A stretch of 64,000 nucleotides of DNA from a virus: IMG/VR virus record IMGVR_UViG_3300045988_176028; one strand, written 5' to 3'. Under the pieces are notes generated by a model. It had not been told where the DNA came from. It ran no database searches and worked only from the letters and a program-made list of their open reading frames with translations. Positions within the stretch are counted from its first letter, which is position 1. Every line of letters starts with the position of its first letter. Below, one piece after another: positions 38,054 through 47,300 of the stretch. The position numbers and the translations under genes were made by a program.

Positions 38054-40717
38054 TCAGGCGTCATTCCGACTGATGGAACGCTCCACTCCAACGAAGCCAA
38101 CACCCATCATCAGAGCGACGATGGACACTGCGGCGATACCCGCCACATCCACGCCGGTGGCGGCAAGATTATCCTCGCCAGTGGCCGTGACGGTCTTATT
38201 GTCGGCGTCCACCTTATATGTGGTGGTCTTATGAGCCTTCTTATCGGCGGTCTCGACCTTGGACTCGTTCTTCTTCGCGGAAATGGTAGCGACCGTCTGC
38301 GAGGAACCATTATCCTTGCCGGTATCGGTCTTGCCAGTGTCCCCCTTGGAAGTTCCAGTGGATGTCGAACCGTTTGGCTTGTCCGAATCATCCGGAGTGG
38401 AAGGCTTGGAAGAATCATCATCGACCGAGAAACCGGGGTCGACGATATCACCCTCGCCCGGCTTGGTGGCGATGCCGTCAAGAGCGTTCTTCGCATCCGT
38501 CAGAGCGGCCTCGGTCTGCTTCTTGTCGGCCTTGGCCTTGTCCAGCTTCGCGTTCGCGTCGGCCAGCGTCTTGTCGGCGTCGGCCTTAGCGGCCTTGGCC
38601 TTGCCCAAGTTGGCTTGAGCGGTCTTCTGCTCGTCCTGCGCCTTGGACAACGTCTTCTCCGCTTCCGTCAGCTTCTTCTGGGCTTCGGCCAGCTTCGCGT
38701 TCGCGTCGGTGTATCCGTCCAGCTTGGCTTGGGCTTCCTTGACCTGCTTCTTGGCTTCGTCCACTGCGGCCTGAGCCTTGTCCACGTTCGACTGGGCGGT
38801 CTTCACCTGCTGGTTCGCGGAGTCGAATTCGCTCTGGGCTTTCTTGGTAGTGGACTGCTTCTGCTCGTACACGGTCTGCTTCGCGTCGGCCTCGTCCTTC
38901 GCCTGAGCGTAGGTGCTATCGGCGGTCTTACCGGCCTTGACTGCGGCATTGTATGCGTCGAGAGCCTTCTGGTAGGCTTCGTCCTTGGCCTTGGCGGTCT
39001 TGGCCGCTTCGCCGGCGGTCTGCTGTGCGGACTGCGCGCGTTCCTGTAGTTCGGCAAGCTCCTGCTGGGCCTGTTGCGCGGCCTTCTTCGCCTCGTTCGC
39101 CTTGTCGAGAGCCTTCTGGTACGTGTCGGCGGCGGAGTCCAGCGCGTTCTTGTAGGAGAGAATCTGCTGACGGTACTCGTCCACGGAAACGCCACTGGTG
39201 TACAGGTATTTCTGGCTGAAGTTCTGTGCGGCGGTCAGCGAACCTGTGATTGCGAAACCGGTGGTGTCGCAATCCGGGTCGATGATGTTCAGATAGTGTC
39301 CGGTCTGCTCGTAGATGTCCGGATACTTCATGTAGATTTCCACGGCGGTCATGTTGCGCAGTTCAGGATTCTTCTCCGCATACTGGTCGAACACGGCCTT
39401 CTCTTCCGTATACCAGCCGTCATACGGGTTCTCGTAACCCCAAGCGAGGTTCTGGGAGGTTCCAGTGAACACGTGCCCAGTATTCTGAGAATACGTATTG
39501 TAGTCGGCGGCAAGCTGCGCGTCGGCGGTGTCCGCATCGTTGACCGTCCACTCCCGCAGTCCGAGGCTACGGCGAATCTCATTGCCCTTGTCAATCATGT
39601 CGAGAGCATCGAGCATGTTCTGCAAGCTGGTTGCGGAGTTTTCCTCACCAATCTTCACCCAATCCTCGTTCTGATACTTGACGAGCTGGTCGAGGGCGAA
39701 CTGGGTGTCCTCGTTCTTGTAACTGGAGGCAAGCTTCCACTGGTAGAAGCCGATGGAGCCGGACGCCAGCTGCTTGTCCGCGTTGTCGGCGGCGGCTTTC
39801 TTCGAATCCGCGTCGGCTTGAGCGGTGTTGGCGGCCGTGTTCTTCGCGTCCGCGTCCTTCTGCTTCTCGCTGATGCCGTTCTTCGCGTCCGAAGCGTTCT
39901 TGTCGGCGGTGGTCTGCGCGGTGTCGGCGTCGTTCTTCGCGGCTAACGCGGCTTCGAGTTCGGCCTTGAGCTGGCTGATGGTCTTCTGGGATTCGTCGGA
40001 CTTGGCCTTGGCGTCCGAAGCGTTCTTGTCGGCCTTGTCCTTGTCGGATTTGGCGGCGGCTTCGTCCTTCTGAGCGGCGGTCAGACTATCGGCCTTCTTC
40101 TGGGCTTCCTGCTGGGCCTTCTTAACCTGCTGGTTGGCGGATTCCAACTGCTTGGTGGTCTGGTCGAGCTGGCTGTTCGCGTCGGAGAGCGCCTGTTGGG
40201 CTTTCTTCTGGTTTTCCGGATTGGTGGCTTCGCTGGCGTTCTGCCGTGCCTGATTCAGATTCGTCTGAGCCTGATTGACGGTGGTCTGCGCGTTCTGAAC
40301 CTGCTGATTGGCGGCGTCCAGAGTGGTCTGGGCGTTGTCCACCTGAGTCTGGGTCTGGTTGACGGTGGTCTGCGCGCTGTCAACGTTGGTCTGTGCCTGA
40401 TTCAGGTTTGTCTGTGCCTGATTGTCGTTGGCTTGGGCTTCGTCCACCTTGGCCTGTCCGTCGGACACGGGGTCTGACTGTGCGGGGGTCGTGGTGGCCG
40501 TAATGGTATTGTCCGGCGTAGTGGCGGTCTGGGAGGTTGCCTGTGTGGCCTGTGCCACGGTGTCCTGAGTCTGGGATACCGCGTTCTGCGCCTGTTCGAT
40601 AGCGCCGTTCACGTCCGGCTGGATATTGTTGCCGTCATCCGCGAACGCGGTGGCCGGTGCGGCGAGTGTCGCAACCGCCACGGTCGTGGCGATGAGCGTC
40701 TTCTTGACGTTTGCCAA
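38054..40717 (-). CDS. LAXTG-anchored coiled-coil surface protein with central CAP/SCP (PR-1-like) domain
   Basis: TTG start with AAAGGAG RBS. Signal peptide ...ATLAAPATAFA. AQTN/AQTT heptad-like repeats. CAP-like region ending GHYLNIIDPDC. C-terminal LAATG, TM helix and charged tail. Confidence 0.8.
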   Translation of the reverse strand: MANVKKTLIATTVAVATLAAPATAFADDGNNIQPDVNGAIEQAQNAVSQTQDTVAQATQATSQTATTPDNTITATTTPAQSDPVSDGQAKVDEAQANDNQAQTNLNQAQTNVDSAQTTVNQTQTQVDNAQTTLDAANQQVQNAQTTVNQAQTNLNQARQNASEATNPENQKKAQQALSDANSQLDQTTKQLESANQQVKKAQQEAQKKADSLTAAQKDEAAAKSDKDKADKNASDAKAKSDESQKTISQLKAELEAALAAKNDADTAQTTADKNASDAKNGISEKQKDADAKNTAANTAQADADSKKAAADNADKQLASGSIGFYQWKLASSYKNEDTQFALDQLVKYQNEDWVKIGEENSATSLQNMLDALDMIDKGNEIRRSLGLREWTVNDADTADAQLAADYNTYSQNTGHVFTGTSQNLAWGYENPYDGWYTEEKAVFDQYAEKNPELRNMTAVEIYMKYPDIYEQTGHYLNIIDPDCDTTGFAITGSLTAAQNFSQKYLYTSGVSVDEYRQQILSYKNALDSAADTYQKALDKANEAKKAAQQAQQELAELQERAQSAQQTAGEAAKTAKAKDEAYQKALDAYNAAVKAGKTADSTYAQAKDEADAKQTVYEQKQSTTKKAQSEFDSANQQVKTAQSNVDKAQAAVDEAKKQVKEAQAKLDGYTDANAKLAEAQKKLTEAEKTLSKAQDEQKTAQANLGKAKAAKADADKTLADANAKLDKAKADKKQTEAALTDAKNALDGIATKPGEGDIVDPGFSVDDDSSKPSTPDDSDKPNGSTSTGTSKGDTGKTDTGKDNGSSQTVATISAKKNESKVETADKKAHKTTTYKVDADNKTVTATGEDNLAATGVDVAGIAAVSIVALMMGVGFVGVERSISRNDA

Positions 40718-40840
40718 GATTATCTCCTTTGTTTGGTTTCTTTTCCACGTGTGGGGTGGACATTATATTATTTTATATTATCCCCCTTATTGAGGGTTCA
40801 TCCAACTCGCAAGGAAAACCCAAACGAGAGGAAAAGCGCC

Positions 40841-40878
40841 GTGACATTCTCCCCCCGCCTGTGGAGGCGGGGGCTTCC
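40841..40878 (-). ncRNA. 3' terminal hairpin of predicted omega-RNA of TnpB copy 3
   Basis: Minus strand reads GGAAGCCCCCGCC-TCCACA-GGCGGGGGGAGAATGTCAC. Confidence 0.45.
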
Positions 40879-40956
40879 TGCTCAAGAACCCCAGTGGGTT
40901 CAGTATCGACAGGCTATCCCCACATGCCCTGTGGTTCGCACGATTTATGAGTCGTG

Positions 40957-42126
40957 CTACTCGATGATTCTCATTGCCTCATCCCGAATGTTTCGGGCGG
41001 CGTTCACGTCACGGTCATGCAACACTCCGCATGATGGGCACGCCCATTCGCGGATACTTAAATCCTTGACCAGAGGATTCTTGCAACCGCAGTCGTGGCA
41101 TAGTTGGCTGGATGGATACCATTTGTCCACATGAACCAACTGTTTGCCTTGACGGGCGAGCTTGTATTCCAACATGGTGCAGAACATGCCATACCCGTTG
41201 TCCGACGTGCTTTTAGCCAAACCTTTTCTGGCTTTGCGACCATTGGGGAGATAATGTCCCGGATGTTCGTAGTCTGGTTTCGGCTTGGGTTTCTTCATCA
41301 TGCTTTTCATGTTCAGAGTCTCCACGCCGACCATATCGTATGATGCGACAATCCTGTTGGCTTTCTTACGCTGGTAGTCGCGTCTCTGATTGGAGGTCTT
41401 CTCATACAGTCGGCCGACCCGCTTGCACTGTTTACGCCAGTTGGCGGAACCTTTGACCATATGGGAGAGCTTGCGTTGCTCTCTGGCGAGCTTGTCCTGC
41501 ATTTTCCGATAGTATCCCGGATATTCGGCGTGCTCCCCGTCACTGGAAACATACAGGCCGTGAGACGCGTAGTCCAATCCGACAGTCTTCACCGGCTTCA
41601 CTTTTTCGGGTATTTGGGTCTCGTACTCGAAAAGGATTGTCGCGGTGTATCTTCCGGAAGGGCAATGCTCCACGGTGACGGATTTCAGTTTCCAATCGTC
41701 GGGGATGTGCTTGTGTTGGCGTACCGCCAACCATCCGAGCTTGGGTAGTTTCAACCTCCTTGTCTTGTCATCCAATCTGATGTTGCCGTGGGACAGATTC
41801 GTCGTGTATGTCTTCCTGCCCCGACGTTTCGACTTGTATTTCGGAAAACCTGTTTTCCTGTCCTCGAAGAACCTCTTGTACGCCTTCTCCAATGCGAGTT
41901 GCGCGTTGCAAAGAGCGAAGCCATCCACCTCGCGCAGGAACGGATACGTGTCCTTGTACAAGGCTGGGGTGGGATAGCATGACTCCCAAGTGGTCTGATA
42001 GTGGGCGATGCGGGTTTCGAGCATGAGGTTGTATACGAACCTGACGCAACCGATGGTACGGTTTATCCGCCGTGCCTGTTCTTCGGTGGGGTAGGCGCGG
42101 AATCTGACCGCCGTATGGGCTTTCAT
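40957..42126 (-). CDS. tnpB: TnpB (IS605 OrfB family) RNA-guided nuclease
   Basis: 389 aa. RFRAYPTEEQARRINRTIGCVRFVYN N-terminus, VGLDYAS, VGVETLN, CHDCGC...CPSCGV, DRDVNAARNI. Confidence 0.9.
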   Translation of the reverse strand: MKAHTAVRFRAYPTEEQARRINRTIGCVRFVYNLMLETRIAHYQTTWESCYPTPALYKDTYPFLREVDGFALCNAQLALEKAYKRFFEDRKTGFPKYKSKRRGRKTYTTNLSHGNIRLDDKTRRLKLPKLGWLAVRQHKHIPDDWKLKSVTVEHCPSGRYTATILFEYETQIPEKVKPVKTVGLDYASHGLYVSSDGEHAEYPGYYRKMQDKLAREQRKLSHMVKGSANWRKQCKRVGRLYEKTSNQRRDYQRKKANRIVASYDMVGVETLNMKSMMKKPKPKPDYEHPGHYLPNGRKARKGLAKSTSDNGYGMFCTMLEYKLARQGKQLVHVDKWYPSSQLCHDCGCKNPLVKDLSIREWACPSCGVLHDRDVNAARNIRDEAMRIIE

Positions 42127-42156
42127 ACTTATGCCAGTCCTTTCTCGCTTTGGCTT

Positions 42157-42615
42157 TCAGAAGATATCCTCAACCAAAGAAGTCAACGACTTGCTTGTCT
42201 GGTTCAACTCCCAGAAGCCACGTTCAAATTTCTTGGCCAATTCCATGACCTGTTCGACCTTGTCGAGAAGTATCTTGGCGGACTTGTCAACAGCCTTGAA
42301 AGTGGTGATAGGCACACCATCCCGATACATGGGGATTCGGGCAGTCTCCGTGGGGATTCCAGCCGCGCTTCCATTGTCTCCAGCGTATTGCAGTGAGAGA
42401 TTGTAAGTGAGAGAGAAAGTAGCCTCCTTGACGTATCCTTCTTCGCCCCACATGCATAAGGTCATCTTCCAAGAGCGAGAGAAGGAACGTTCGGGATTGC
42501 AGACATGGCTTTTCGTCCAAACGTACTTGCCTTCCTTGGTGTTCCTTTGAAGGTAGGAAAGGTTTTCTCGGTCATTCCTTTTTTCGAACTCTTCGAGAGT
42601 GGTCTGCTTGTTCAT
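42157..42615 (-). CDS. hypothetical protein (152 aa)
   Basis: AAAGGAG RBS. First gene after the promoter at 42647. Confidence 0.55.
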   Translation of the reverse strand: MNKQTTLEEFEKRNDRENLSYLQRNTKEGKYVWTKSHVCNPERSFSRSWKMTLCMWGEEGYVKEATFSLTYNLSLQYAGDNGSAAGIPTETARIPMYRDGVPITTFKAVDKSAKILLDKVEQVMELAKKFERGFWELNQTSKSLTSLVEDIF

Positions 42616-42646
42616 GGGTTTGCTCCTTTTTGATTTTCTGTTTTTG

Positions 42647-42668
42647 TGTGAACGATTTCAGTATAGCA
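42647..42668 (-). promoter_or_regulatory. conserved promoter/leader motif copy
   Basis: Minus strand reads TGCTATACT-GAAATC-GTTCACA. Confidence 0.65.
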
Positions 42669-42685
42669 TAAAACCTTGGAGCAAA

Positions 42686-43363
42686 TCAACCCAAAGAAGC
42701 CAACTCCACCTCAATCCCTGCCAACTCCTCCAACAAACGCTTACGACGAGCCAACAACAGTCGTTTCCTGCGGACGCCATCGAAAACAGGCTGACCGGAA
42801 GCCACATCATGGGAGTTCACCATATTCCTGCCGGTGGGACTCCCATCTCGATTGTTCCCCAACATGGTCAAATCAGCCACGGTCAGCGAACCATTCCGAA
42901 AACTGAACCCGTTCTCGAACATCACATGTTCAAGCCGTGCGATGTTCAACGCTCCGAACTGGGGAACCGTGGTTCCACTACCGTATTTGATACGACGGGA
43001 TTCACGCAGTCGGGCAAGATAATGCAGAAACTGGGCCAAAGTCAGTTTGGTTAGTTTAGCCAACGAGCCGACGCCAATCGAATACAGTCGAATACGGAAA
43101 TCGGCATCCACTACTCCCTCACGATATAAGACGGAATCCTCCACCGGTCGAAAATCCATTTCGTTCTTCCGTAGACGGTTTCCGACGATACGGGCGCTGT
43201 CGGAGCCAAAGGAACCGACGAACTGCTCTTCGGTCAACGAGGTAATATCCCCGATGATGCGGAGTTTCCTTTTCATCTTGTTGACTCGGAACTTGTCACA
43301 GATTTGACCCCGCGCGTTGGTGAAGAGTTTTTCTATCGGGTCTAGGACGGTTAGCTCGCTCAT
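42686..43363 (-). CDS. hypothetical protein (225 aa)
   Basis: Second gene of the leftward operon from the promoter at 44072. No family recognised. Confidence 0.55.
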   Translation of the reverse strand: MSELTVLDPIEKLFTNARGQICDKFRVNKMKRKLRIIGDITSLTEEQFVGSFGSDSARIVGNRLRKNEMDFRPVEDSVLYREGVVDADFRIRLYSIGVGSLAKLTKLTLAQFLHYLARLRESRRIKYGSGTTVPQFGALNIARLEHVMFENGFSFRNGSLTVADLTMLGNNRDGSPTGRNMVNSHDVASGQPVFDGVRRKRLLLARRKRLLEELAGIEVELASLG

Positions 43364-43432
43364 GGTTCTTCTTCTCTCGTTTTTTGCATGCGGTAGAGGG
43401 TTCCAAGATTGCGGCCGGAATCCTCTTTAATA

Positions 43433-44032
43433 TCACAGATTCGCACTGTCGATGTTGTCGGCAAGGCAATCAGACAATCGGGCGTTTCCGCCTTGGGTCA
43501 GACGATAATGCTTGAGGAATCTGATTGCATCGTTGACTGTTACCAGTTGAGATGGCTTTGCGTAGTCCTTGTCCAGCGTGCGTTCCAATTCGCAGGTCTT
43601 GCATTCTCCTGCATCTCCAAGGCAGTCCTTGCAGAGTGTGCTACCACAGGTGTCGCACGTGTGCCTACAGGTTTTGTCGATGTATTTGCCGCAGTGTTCG
43701 CAACGTTTCCAGCAGTGGGCGCATTCCAAGGTGCCCTCGCAGTCTTCGCAGCTTGCGGCGTCATCGTCGCAGCAGTATGCGTCGCACTTGTCGCAGGAGT
43801 TCAGGCAATCTTTGCAGAACGTGTTGCCGCAGATGTTGCATCGTTCCGCGTATTTGTCGCAGACGATGTTGTCGCACTTGTAGCACAGGTGGCAGTGGTC
43901 GCAGCAGAAGACGCCTTCGCAGTTGGAGCACTGGTATAGGCAGTCTTCGCAATAGTTTTTGTGGCAGTGGTCGCAGGTGCCGTTGGCTATTGGATTGTTG
44001 AGGACGCAGTAGGAGCATTCGCAGTTGCTCAT
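43433..44032 (-). CDS. extremely cysteine-rich (CxxC-array) protein, 199 aa
   Basis: AAGGAG RBS precedes ATG 44032. More than 40 Cys in the first 150 aa form repeated C-x2-C/C-x2-H pairs. The C-terminal ~45 aa are Cys-poor. Confidence 0.6.
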   Translation of the reverse strand: MSNCECSYCVLNNPIANGTCDHCHKNYCEDCLYQCSNCEGVFCCDHCHLCYKCDNIVCDKYAERCNICGNTFCKDCLNSCDKCDAYCCDDDAASCEDCEGTLECAHCWKRCEHCGKYIDKTCRHTCDTCGSTLCKDCLGDAGECKTCELERTLDKDYAKPSQLVTVNDAIRFLKHYRLTQGGNARLSDCLADNIDSANL

Positions 44033-44071
44033 TTTTTCTCCTTGTTGGGTGTGGATTTCGACCCTTGTTTG

Positions 44072-44093
44072 TGTGGACGATTCCAGCATACCA
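44072..44093 (-). promoter_or_regulatory. conserved promoter/leader motif copy (TATGCT -10)
   Basis: Minus strand reads TGGTATGCT-GGAATC-GTCCACA. Confidence 0.6.
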
Positions 44094-44138
44094 CATAAAT
44101 AAGAGAATTAAGACAGCATGCCAAACAAGTCCCATCAA

Positions 44139-44162
44139 TGATATATATTGGACATGTCCACA
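44139..44162 (+). promoter_or_regulatory. conserved promoter/leader motif copy upstream of tracrRNA/cas9
   Basis: TGATATATATT-GGACAT-GTCCACA. Confidence 0.55.
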
Positions 44163-44228
44163 AATAAAAAACCAAGCGCTGTTCGAAAAACGGAAACGAC
44201 ACGCCGGGGTTGCCAGAAGAACACTGTG

Positions 44229-44237
44229 TGTTATAGT
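44229..44237 (+). promoter_or_regulatory. extended -10 promoter of predicted tracrRNA
   Basis: TGTTATAGT followed by GGG, as in the motif promoters. The downstream box is replaced by the anti-repeat. Confidence 0.55.
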
Positions 44238-44243
44238 GGGAAC

Positions 44244-44331
44244 CACGGCATATAGTTTAAACAAGTCCGGTGACAGACCGGAATTGACCGTAGAGCGGCG
44301 ATAGGACGCAAGTCCCAATCGCCGCTTTTTT
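44244..44331 (+). ncRNA. tracrRNA: predicted tracrRNA
   Basis: Anti-repeat CACGGCATATAGTTTAAAC (44244..44262) pairs over 17 bp, with one bulge, to GTTTGAATATATGTCGT of the minus-strand repeat. AAG and hairpin TCCGG-TGACAGA-CCGGA follow. Terminator GCGGCGAT-N15-ATCGCCGC plus T6 ends at 44331. The 5' end is inferred. Confidence 0.6.
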
Positions 44332-44360
44332 AATGCAGTGCGGAAAGAGAACAACAGACC

Positions 44361-47300
44361 TTGACCGCAAAAACCAATATCCGCTATCGCGTGGGAGCTG
44401 ACGTAGGACTCAACAGTCTAGGATTCTCGGCAATCCAACTCGACGCCAACGGCAACCCAATCACACTACTCAAAACCCTCAGCTACATTCACGACGGCGG
44501 AGTAGACCCAACCCAAAACAAGTCCGGCACCACCCGCAAGGCCATGGCCGGAATCGCCCGACGTACCCGCAACATGCGCAAACGCCGCCGCCACCGTCTC
44601 AACCAACTCGACCGTCAGCTCTACCAACTGGGATATCCGGTGGACGAAGTGCCGGAAAGCGAACACGGACTCTACGAATACTGGAACGTCCGTTCCGCAT
44701 TGGCGACCGCCTACGTCCCCGACAAGGACAAGCGTGACCGGATGATGGTCATGGCTATCCGACATATCGCACGCCATCGCGGTTGGCGCAACTCCTATAG
44801 TCGGGTCGAAACCCTGTTCGAGGACGTGGAGCCGTCCGACCAGTACAAGGATTTGAAACAGCGAGTGGAGACCCGTCTTGGAATGAAACTAGACGAGGAT
44901 ATGACCCCGGCGCAACTCGTCGCATTGACGCTTTCAGACCGTGATGAGAACTTCATGAGGGTTCGTACCAGCACAAAATACGGTGAGGGTGTTCTGCCAA
45001 GCCGTCTCATGCAGTCCGACAATGCGCGTGAACTCCGACGCATCTTCACCGTCCAGCAAGTGCCCGAGGACGTTTGGAAGCCCATCCTGCGTACCGTGTT
45101 CCACTGCGCATCCCCCAAGGGTTCCGCAGAGAAGCATGTCGGAACAGACCCGCTCGACCAGACCCAGAAGAGAGCGTTGAAGGCCAGCATCGCCTTCCAG
45201 AAGTACCGTATCCTCAACGTCATCACCAACCTGCGTATCCGACGCAAAGGCGAAGCATCCCGACCGTTGACCGTCAACGAGAAACAGGATGTATACGAAC
45301 TGCTCACCACCGCCAAGGAAGACTTGGAATGGTTGGACGTGTGCGCCGTGCTTGACATCGAACGCAACGAACTCAAAGGCGTCGGCACCCTCACCCATGA
45401 CGGGGAGGAAAGAATCGGTAACAAGCCACCCGTCTTGGACACTGTCATCCGACTCCACGGCATCAAAAACACCAAGCTCCGCAAGATGATGGACGCATGG
45501 TGGAACACGGCCACCGAGACCGAACAGGCCGCGATGATTCGACTCCTGTCCAACACGGTTGACTTGGACAAGGTGCGCGACCTCATCGAATACGCCTCCC
45601 CCATCGAATTCATCGACGGGTTGGACGAAGACCTGCTCACCCCGTTGGACTCCATCAGTCTTCCAGTCGGACGTGCCGCCTACTCCGAAAAAACCCTCAC
45701 CCGACTGTCCAAACGCATGTTGGAAACGGAAGATGATTTGCATTATGCGATTCGCCACGAGTTCAACGTGCCCGCAGACTGGAAGCTTCCGGTTCCACCT
45801 GTTCAGGAGCCGACCGGCAATCCTGCCGTTGACCGAGTGTTGAAAGCGTTCAACCGTTTCCTCAGCCAGTGCGAACAACAGTATGGCATTCCGGAAAGCA
45901 TCGCCATCGAAACCACGAAGGAATCGTTCTCGTCCATCGCGTTCGGACGCACGCTCGACTATGAGCGCCGTCAACGTCGGGACAAGGACAATCAGACGCG
46001 TGCCGCAATCCGTGAGGATATGAGGAAGCAACTGTCCAACGGCGGAAGCTTCAAAGTCCACGACTACGACATTCGCCGTTGGGAAATCGTCCAATCGCAG
46101 AACAACACATGCCTGTACTGTGGTGCGACCAGTCCACGATTCAGTTTCGATAAGTCGGAACTCGACCATATCGTTCCCCGTCGTGGTGTCGGTTCGGACA
46201 GCAAACGCACCAACATGGCCGCAGTATGCCCCGAATGCAATGCCAACAAGTCGAACATTCCGTTCGCCGTCTGGGTGCATTCCGACTATGCGAAAGCGCA
46301 CGGCATCACCATGAATGATGTCATCGCACGAGTGAACCAGCTGATGTTCCCACCATCCATGAACCGCAAGCAGGTCAGTCAGGTGAAAAAGGCCATCATC
46401 AGCCGACTCAAGCAGACCGAACAGGACGAGCCGTTGGACAATCGTTCCATCGAATCCGTGGGCTGGATGGCCGACGAACTCCACCGCCGACTCGATGGAC
46501 GATACGCCAACAAAACGGTGAAAGTGTCCACGTTCCCCGGCTCCATCACCTATGAGGCGCGACGCGCTTCCGGCATCGACGGGCAAATCCACTTCATCGG
46601 CGCACAGTGGAAGACCCGACTCGACCGCCGACACCATGCGGTTGACGCTTCGGTCATCGCCATGATGAACCAGAGTGTCGCTCTCCGTCTTGCCGAACGC
46701 CACTATCTACGCGAATCCCAACGCCTGTGCGGGACCCCGTTCGGACAGGCGGACTGGAAGCAGTATCCGAATGAGAACACTCCCGGCTACGACCAATACC
46801 AGCAATGGAGCGGACAGATGAAGAATCTGCTCCACCTGTTGAACAAGGGTTTGGACGAGGACACCATTCCGGTCGTTCGGAGCCGCCGCCTCCGCTTGGG
46901 CAACAGCACGGCGCATGATGCGACGGTGAAACCGTTGCAATACGTGCGACTGGGAGACGCCATGCCGACCAGTCTCATCGACCATGCGCTCACCCCGCAA
47001 GTGTGGAAGGCATTGACCGGATTGTCGGATTATGACCCTCAGAATGGTCTGCCCGCTAATCCGAAACGTGTCATCACAGCCTTGGGTGAAGTATGCCATG
47101 CGAAGGATGAAATCGGTTTCCTTCCGGGCAACAATGCCCAATTGTTCGTCAACGGTGGAGCCGCCGATATTGGCGGAACCATCCATCATGCCCGTATCTA
47201 CCGTTGCGAACAGGTGTTGAAGAACGGGAAACGCAAGACGTTCTATGGCATGGTGCGCGTGTTCCAATGCGATTTGATGAAACGCAGGAAGAACACCGAC

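Larger units (their letters stand above)
40841..42156 (-). mobile_element. tnpB-only IS200/IS605-family element, copy 3 (different subfamily)
   Basis: Canonical tnpB plus the right-end hairpin at 40841..40878. The left boundary is not resolved and lies somewhere in 42127..42156. Confidence 0.55.

Noticed and set aside
35899-39049. Long plus-strand ORFs (35873..36790, 35899..37170, 38231..39049, 39074..39946) opposite the pentapeptide and coiled-coil genes
   Set aside because: They are mirror frames of repetitive minus-strand genes. Their products are Leu/Arg/Gly/Val repeats without starts or RBS. Promoters and terminators fit minus-strand transcription.
40755-40790. GGTGGAC followed by an AT-rich TATAAT/TAATAT cluster upstream of the CAP-domain surface gene
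   Set aside because: It is probably a promoter, but the spacing and the -10 do not fit the conserved motif, so it is not counted among the copies.
44934-46703. 589 aa ORF antisense to cas9
   Set aside because: It lies entirely within cas9, which has all the Cas9 signature motifs. This is a typical high-GC antisense open frame.
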